This document shows, in pieces, positions 58,542-64,000 of a stretch of DNA of 64,000 bases. The notes beneath the pieces are model-generated. The model saw nothing but the letters and a program-made list of their open reading frames with translations, was not told where the DNA came from and searched no databases. The translations under genes and the position numbers were made by a program. The stretch spans positions 512,001-576,000 of the forward strand of contig CAWJCS010000004.1 in NCBI GenBank assembly GCA_963841435.1. Direction: 5' to 3'. The stretch's first letter is position 1, and each line of letters starts with the position of its first letter. This stretch comes from an uncultured delta proteobacterium (lineage in GTDB: Bacteria; Myxococcota_A; Polyangia; Polyangiales; Polyangiaceae).

Positions 58542-61500
58542 ATGGCGAGTTCTTCAGCGCTGAAACGGTACCCGAGGTTCGCGAGCTTCGTGCTGGCAGC
58601 GGCTCTGCCGACCTGGGGATGCTCCGATCCAGGTGCTCGCGGTGACGGCCCCACTCACGTTTCTCGCGTCCAACAGGGTGTCGTCGAGCAAGCGGCAGGT
58701 GAATTCCAGCCGCTCATCCCGTTCGGAGGCCGCATCCAAGCGATGGCGATCGATCCTGCCAACCCCCAAACGGTGCTTGCCGCTGCGGACAACGGAGGCG
58801 TCTTCCGAAGCTCGCTTGGAGGGACGAGTTGGGAGCACGTCGAGACGTTGCGCCCCACCGAAATGAACGACATTCGTGTTTGTCCTTCGAACCCGCTGCT
58901 CGTCTTCCTCACTGCCTTCCCGAACACGCGACGCAGCAGCTCCCCTGGCTCGACCACGCCGGACAACGACGGCGGCATTTGGCGCAGCGATGACGGTGGT
59001 AGCACGTGGAAGAGACCGACCGGCCATGTGCCTCCAGGTCTTCCATCGGGGTCAACCAGCTACACGGGTTACGGGATCGCGTTCGGTCCCGGATGCCAGG
59101 ACGTATTCATCGGGACGACGGCGGGGCTCGCCGTGAGCCACGACGACGGCATGACCTTCACCCACGACGACATCAACGGGCCAGCCGATCCTCCGGAGCG
59201 CGCCATCTCAGTCGCGGCTCAGTCGGGCGGGAGCAACCCAACGATCGTGGACGTCTATACGGACTTTGGGCAGCGGAGGTCGACGACGGCGGGAGGTGGT
59301 TGGTCCGCGCCAACGGCGATCGCTTCCGGCGGTATTCCAGGTGCGCCGGATCAGGCTGCCGTCCACACGCTTGCGGCGTCACCGATCGAGAGCGATGTCC
59401 TCTTTGCCACGAGCTTCAATGTGACGATGTCGGGCGACGGCTTCCAGGCGTACGAGTCGGACGACGCTGGGTTGACGTGGACGTCCCTGGACGTCCCGAT
59501 CGTCGGACGGAACCGAATTCCGTTGATGTTCGCGACACCTTCGCGCTTCGGAGCGGGCGTGGACGTCTACTTCGGCAACGGGACCAACATCCTGCGGCAG
59601 ACCTGCGCGAATTCCACCGGCCTGCGATGCACACCGGGCGCCACGACAACTCCCAGCGACCCGACCTCGCCCGGGTGGCATGAAATCGATCTCATCGGCA
59701 ATCCGCACCCGGACGCCTCCGACATGGCCTTCGATCCCGGCACGAACTGCCCGCTCTACATCGCCTGCGATGGGGGCGTCCTCCGATCGACTCCAGCCGA
59801 CCCAGACGATCCGAAGGCTACCTGCGGCGACACTGGGACCTGGCAGATCACTCGGGGATCCGGCGGCGCGGACGGGTTGAACGCATTGCAGCTCTTCCAA
59901 ATGGCCGGCCAGGTCCACTCCGGGGCAGACACTGACTTGTACTTCGGGACGATGGACAACGGCCTTTGGGGCTCCACGAACGGTGGCATCTCGTGGCCGA
60001 CCAGCGGAGCCCCTGAGGGCCAGGGAATCGGCGTCGACCACTCGCCGACCGCGGGTGCGGGCAATCGCGTCGTGTACCTGGCTTGCGGCGGGTGCACGAA
60101 CTTCCAGGCTGGACCGGGACTGGCCAGCCCGGGGGCCTGGCCGAATCCCCCGTTTGGCAAGTCAGGTGCCCCGGACGCCTTCTTCCCGGCGTGCCCCGAC
60201 CTGAGCCCGACCGACAACATCTGCGACACGTGCGAAGACCGAAACGCGGATGACGGCACGTGCGATCCAGTCGGCCCTGGAGTTCCCGGCCTGTGCAACG
60301 ATGTCGCCCCGCAGGACGGCTTTTGCGACGGCACGAACTGCGTCGACAGCCAACCAAACGGATTCTGCGACCCACTGTTGTTCACCCTCGGGAGTGGGCC
60401 CGCCGGAGTCGCACTAACGCCAGTGCTGATCTCTGGGGACACATACGTGCAGTGGGACGGGGGCTACACGCCGCGCGGCGGCGGCATGCCCGTGCCAGCA
60501 CAGCTCTACCGGACCTTGGATGCTGGAATGAGCTATCAGCCAGTCGTCGGAGCAACGTTCCCGACCACCTCGAACCCTACGTTCCGCCTGTTTGATCTGG
60601 CACGGATCTCCGGCCCAAGCAGCACCCCGGTCCTGTTCCAGCCAGAGTGTCGGTCCGGGGTCGGATGTTCCGGAGGCAACGCGCCAGTGGGGCTGATCCG
60701 CGTGAGCGGCCTGCTCACTGGTACGGTCCAGGTGACCGAGCTTGGCCTCCCGAGCGGAGGCTCGCTCGGCTACTTCAATTTCGATCCGCACGGCACCTAT
60801 GGCGTGGACCCGTCGGATCCGAACAAGCTTCTGGCCGCGGACATCGTAAACGGCATGATGTTGCGAGGCGCTGGCACAGGGTCAGGCATCGCGTGGTCAA
60901 CCGATGCCGGTACGAGCCAGCTCACGACGCTGCTCACGCGGGGCGGTGAGTTCTCCTTCAACGCCGTGTACACAAACAACACAGGGCTCGCGCAAGTCGA
61001 GACAGTCCAGCACGACCCGACGAACACGCAGCGCATCCTCGTGGGAACACGGAACGTTGGCGTCGTTGCGTCCGAAGACGGGGGCAACAAATGGGCGCGC
61101 CTTTGCAGGTCAGAGCAGATTCCGCGCGTCACTTCTTTCTTCTTCGACGATGTCCACCCGATGGGCTCGTTCCCGACCGTCTACGCTTCCTCCTACGGGC
61201 GTGGGCTGTGGAAGCTGGACCTAGCACAGCGTCAGGAGCCAGTGTTCACGGTGCCGCCCACCAACGTTACCGCGTCGGACTGCTCGGCCGACATCGGGAC
61301 GGCAACCGCGATCGACGAATGTGAAGGCGTACAGGTTGACACCATCGCCGCGGAGGGTGTCCCGCCGACCGATCCTGCCTACGGGTGCAGCACAGGCGTT
61401 CGGCCGTGCGGCAACTTCCCGCTGAACACCCCGACGAACGTGACGTGGACCGCGAGAGACATCTACGGTGACACGACCACCACGACCCAGGTCGTGACGG

Positions 61501-62699
61501 TGACGGACACCACCAAACCGGTCTTCACGCTCGTACCTCCCGACATCACGACGACGACCTGCACGGGCCTCGTGCTTCAGCAGCCGACCGGGCAAGACGG
61601 CTGCGGCGGCACGGTCACCTTCACGAACGACGCCCCCTCGAAATATCCGCTTGGGACGACGGTGGTCACGTGGACGGCGCACGACGCACGCGGCAACATG
61701 AGCACGGCGACTCAGCGGGTTACCGTGCTGCTCGGGGACAACGCGACTTGCTGCCCGGCCGGCACGCACATCATCCAGGGCACGCCGAACAACGACATGC
61801 TGAACGGCACGAGCGGCTCGGATTGCATCCTCGGCAAGGGCGGGCAGGACACGATCAACGGCCTCGGCGGCAACGACTTCATCTCCGGGGGCGACGGGGA
61901 CGACGTGATCACCGGCGGGCTCGGGAACGACGTGATCTTCGGCGGCTCCGGCCAGGACATCATCAACGGCAACGACGGCAACGACACGCTGTACGGCGGC
62001 GACGGCGACGATACCGTGATCGGCGGCTCCGGTGACGACATCCTGCACGGCGGCCAGGGGCAGGACACGCTCCAAGGCCAGGACGGCAACGACCAGCTCT
62101 TCGGCGACGACGGCTACGACACCCTGCAAGGTGGCAACGGCGACGATGTGCTCGCGGGCGGCGGTGGCGAGGATCACTGCACGGACACGGTCGGGGCGAA
62201 CGTCTTCGAGCAGTGCGAGTTCGGTGCGCCCAACTCTTGTGCCGACCTCACGCAGAACGGGACGGAGACGGCGGTCGATTGCGGTGGCGGTTGTCCCGCC
62301 TGCGACGAGACGCTCTCGTGCTTAGCGGGTAGCGACTGCTTGAGCAACGTCTGCTCGTCGGGGGTCTGCCAGTTGCCCGCGGGCGGCATCACCATCACCC
62401 CCGTGGTCGACGCGGATTGGGGCGGAGGCTATTGCGTCCACCTTAACGTCACCAACGACAAGGACGTCCCGACCACGACCTGGACGGCGAGCATCAACAC
62501 CAACCAGTTGACCATCTACACGAGCTGGAAGGGCAACTTCATGGGCAGCTCCGGCGTGGTGACCGTGACGCCGTCACTGCCGAGCAACCAAGCCATCGGC
62601 CCGGACCTTACAGACGGGTCGATTGGGTTCTGCGCGAACCGGAACGTCTCCGGGAGCGGCGTGTTGCCATTCGTGGTGAGCGCGACGGGCTCGTACTAG
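58542..62699 (+). CDS. Large secreted protein: Asp-box beta-propeller, HYR-like, RTX Ca-binding repeats, C-terminal CBM2
   Basis: Repeated S.D.G..W motifs; [22 protein letters not shown]; more than 10 GGxGxD nonamers; DWGGGYC...W...GFC CBM2 pattern. Confidence 0.85.
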   Translation: MASSSALKRYPRFASFVLAAALPTWGCSDPGARGDGPTHVSRVQQGVVEQAAGEFQPLIPFGGRIQAMAIDPANPQTVLAAADNGGVFRSSLGGTSWEHVETLRPTEMNDIRVCPSNPLLVFLTAFPNTRRSSSPGSTTPDNDGGIWRSDDGGSTWKRPTGHVPPGLPSGSTSYTGYGIAFGPGCQDVFIGTTAGLAVSHDDGMTFTHDDINGPADPPERAISVAAQSGGSNPTIVDVYTDFGQRRSTTAGGGWSAPTAIASGGIPGAPDQAAVHTLAASPIESDVLFATSFNVTMSGDGFQAYESDDAGLTWTSLDVPIVGRNRIPLMFATPSRFGAGVDVYFGNGTNILRQTCANSTGLRCTPGATTTPSDPTSPGWHEIDLIGNPHPDASDMAFDPGTNCPLYIACDGGVLRSTPADPDDPKATCGDTGTWQITRGSGGADGLNALQLFQMAGQVHSGADTDLYFGTMDNGLWGSTNGGISWPTSGAPEGQGIGVDHSPTAGAGNRVVYLACGGCTNFQAGPGLASPGAWPNPPFGKSGAPDAFFPACPDLSPTDNICDTCEDRNADDGTCDPVGPGVPGLCNDVAPQDGFCDGTNCVDSQPNGFCDPLLFTLGSGPAGVALTPVLISGDTYVQWDGGYTPRGGGMPVPAQLYRTLDAGMSYQPVVGATFPTTSNPTFRLFDLARISGPSSTPVLFQPECRSGVGCSGGNAPVGLIRVSGLLTGTVQVTELGLPSGGSLGYFNFDPHGTYGVDPSDPNKLLAADIVNGMMLRGAGTGSGIAWSTDAGTSQLTTLLTRGGEFSFNAVYTNNTGLAQVETVQHDPTNTQRILVGTRNVGVVASEDGGNKWARLCRSEQIPRVTSFFFDDVHPMGSFPTVYASSYGRGLWKLDLAQRQEPVFTVPPTNVTASDCSADIGTATAIDECEGVQVDTIAAEGVPPTDPAYGCSTGVRPCGNFPLNTPTNVTWTARDIYGDTTTTTQVVTVTDTTKPVFTLVPPDITTTTCTGLVLQQPTGQDGCGGTVTFTNDAPSKYPLGTTVVTWTAHDARGNMSTATQRVTVLLGDNATCCPAGTHIIQGTPNNDMLNGTSGSDCILGKGGQDTINGLGGNDFISGGDGDDVITGGLGNDVIFGGSGQDIINGNDGNDTLYGGDGDDTVIGGSGDDILHGGQGQDTLQGQDGNDQLFGDDGYDTLQGGNGDDVLAGGGGEDHCTDTVGANVFEQCEFGAPNSCADLTQNGTETAVDCGGGCPACDETLSCLAGSDCLSNVCSSGVCQLPAGGITITPVVDADWGGGYCVHLNVTNDKDVPTTTWTASINTNQLTIYTSWKGNFMGSSGVVTVTPSLPSNQAIGPDLTDGSIGFCANRNVSGSGVLPFVVSATGSY

Positions 62700-62808
62700 C
62701 CCCAGGGGGATTTCGAGTCTCGCCGCGCGGTGGCGCGGTCGTCACCTCGAAGGGGACGAACCCCAAGCGGCTTTGCCTCCGTGACGTCCGCGGCAGTACG
62801 ATGCTTTC

Positions 62809-63678
62809 GTGACGCCGCCAACCATCGCAGACGAGATCGAGCGGTACCTCCGCACCGGCGACACGGATCCATATGCTTCAGCCTGGCCAGGCGGCGTCAT
62901 GGAGGGTGGGCGCCGAGCCCACGCGGACCTCCGGGGGGCACTCGCCCGAGAGGTGAAACGCCTCGCCGCAGGTCACGCTCACGGGACGGTACCGCAGGCC
63001 GACCTCGTGTCGCTGACGAGAGACAAGGTCGAGCCGATGGTCCGCGGCCTTTTCCCCCGTGCCGAGCAAGAACCGGTGCTCGCCGCGTTGGAGAGGTCCG
63101 TCGTGGTGATCACCGGCGAGAACATCGAGTCCATCATCCTCGCTCATGACCACGACGGATCGGCATGGACGCTGGGGAACCTCTACCTGGCGAGCATCGA
63201 CGCCGAGCTACTGGCAGACGACGTCGAGCCCCTCGTCGGACTGAGCGAGGAGACCACCTGCTACGTCACGCACGAAGCGTTCGACGAGGAGCCTTTCGCC
63301 GACTTTATCGTCCACGAGGCGGCGCATGTTTTCCACAACTGCAAGCGCAAGACGATCGGCCTCAAGGAGACGCGAACCAAAGAGTGGTTGCTCGACATCG
63401 ACTACCGGAAGCGCGAGACATTCGCCTACTCCTGCGAAGCGTACTCTCGCATCGTCGCACGGACGAAGAACGGAGCTGAACGACGGGCGCTGGCGGAGGA
63501 GTACGGTCGGAAGGTTCGAATCTCCGAGGAGCGGGTGGACCCCGATGAGATCGCGAGCATCGTCTTGGAGGCAGCGTCGGCGAGGAACCGGTGGAAGGTA
63601 GTCCTCGCGCGGTGCGCACCGGAGAGACGGGCGAGGCGCGGCCCCATGACGGCGGCCGACGGTGCTGAAGCGAGCTAA
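62809..63678 (+). CDS. Hypothetical protein with an HExxH-like motif
   Basis: 289-aa ORF with normal codon pattern; VHEAAHVFH followed by RETFAYSCE. Confidence 0.7.
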   Translation: MTPPTIADEIERYLRTGDTDPYASAWPGGVMEGGRRAHADLRGALAREVKRLAAGHAHGTVPQADLVSLTRDKVEPMVRGLFPRAEQEPVLAALERSVVVITGENIESIILAHDHDGSAWTLGNLYLASIDAELLADDVEPLVGLSEETTCYVTHEAFDEEPFADFIVHEAAHVFHNCKRKTIGLKETRTKEWLLDIDYRKRETFAYSCEAYSRIVARTKNGAERRALAEEYGRKVRISEERVDPDEIASIVLEAASARNRWKVVLARCAPERRARRGPMTAADGAEAS

Positions 63679-64000
63679 TCGGGGGGTGACGTGGGGCGAG
63701 CGTTCGGTACTCGACTACCCCTCTGGTGCTGAGCCCGTCGCGGGCAATGCAGAAATCGGGGCGCGAATCCGCACAGATCCGGATCCGCCAAGAGTAGTGG
63801 AGCGTGAAGGGGGGAAGGCCACCGCCGACCAGCCTCCGGCGGTGGGCAGAGGTGCCCGGCCTTCTGAGCCAGCGCTCGCGTCAGGTCGAGGGCAAGCGGT
63901 CCGGTTCCTGCCCGTTGCAACGGCCTTGCGTTCAGCTGCGGGCCCGTCGCGCGAGAAATGTTCATTTTCACCCCCGAAATAGGCACGCCCGGCTTTCGCC

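Overview
High-GC window typical of a Polyangia-like myxobacterium (inferred from GC content and the many Gly-linker/Cys-rich lipoproteins). The left ~28 kb looks like ordinary chromosome: cytochrome b fragment, DUF4230, galT, a TlpA-type thioredoxin, and an NAGGN osmolyte operon (asnO-ngg-M42 peptidase) followed by a peptide ABC transporter. It also holds a CE12-like esterase and a coupled gene pair in which a lipoprotein resembles the N-terminal half of eukaryotic large lipid-transfer proteins (MTP/vitellogenin). From ~32.4 kb onward is an accessory mosaic. One complete and three 5'-truncated copies of an IS91/ISCR-like HUH transposase element lie in the same orientation and end at the identical base. 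They separate blocks of secreted proteases, lipoproteins, an orphan RHS tip and broken gene fragments. An intact IS66 (8-bp target duplication) and IS3/integrase remnants are also present. Several single-base frameshifts in short homopolymers suggest indel-prone sequencing. All family calls come from motif recognition by eye, not database searches.
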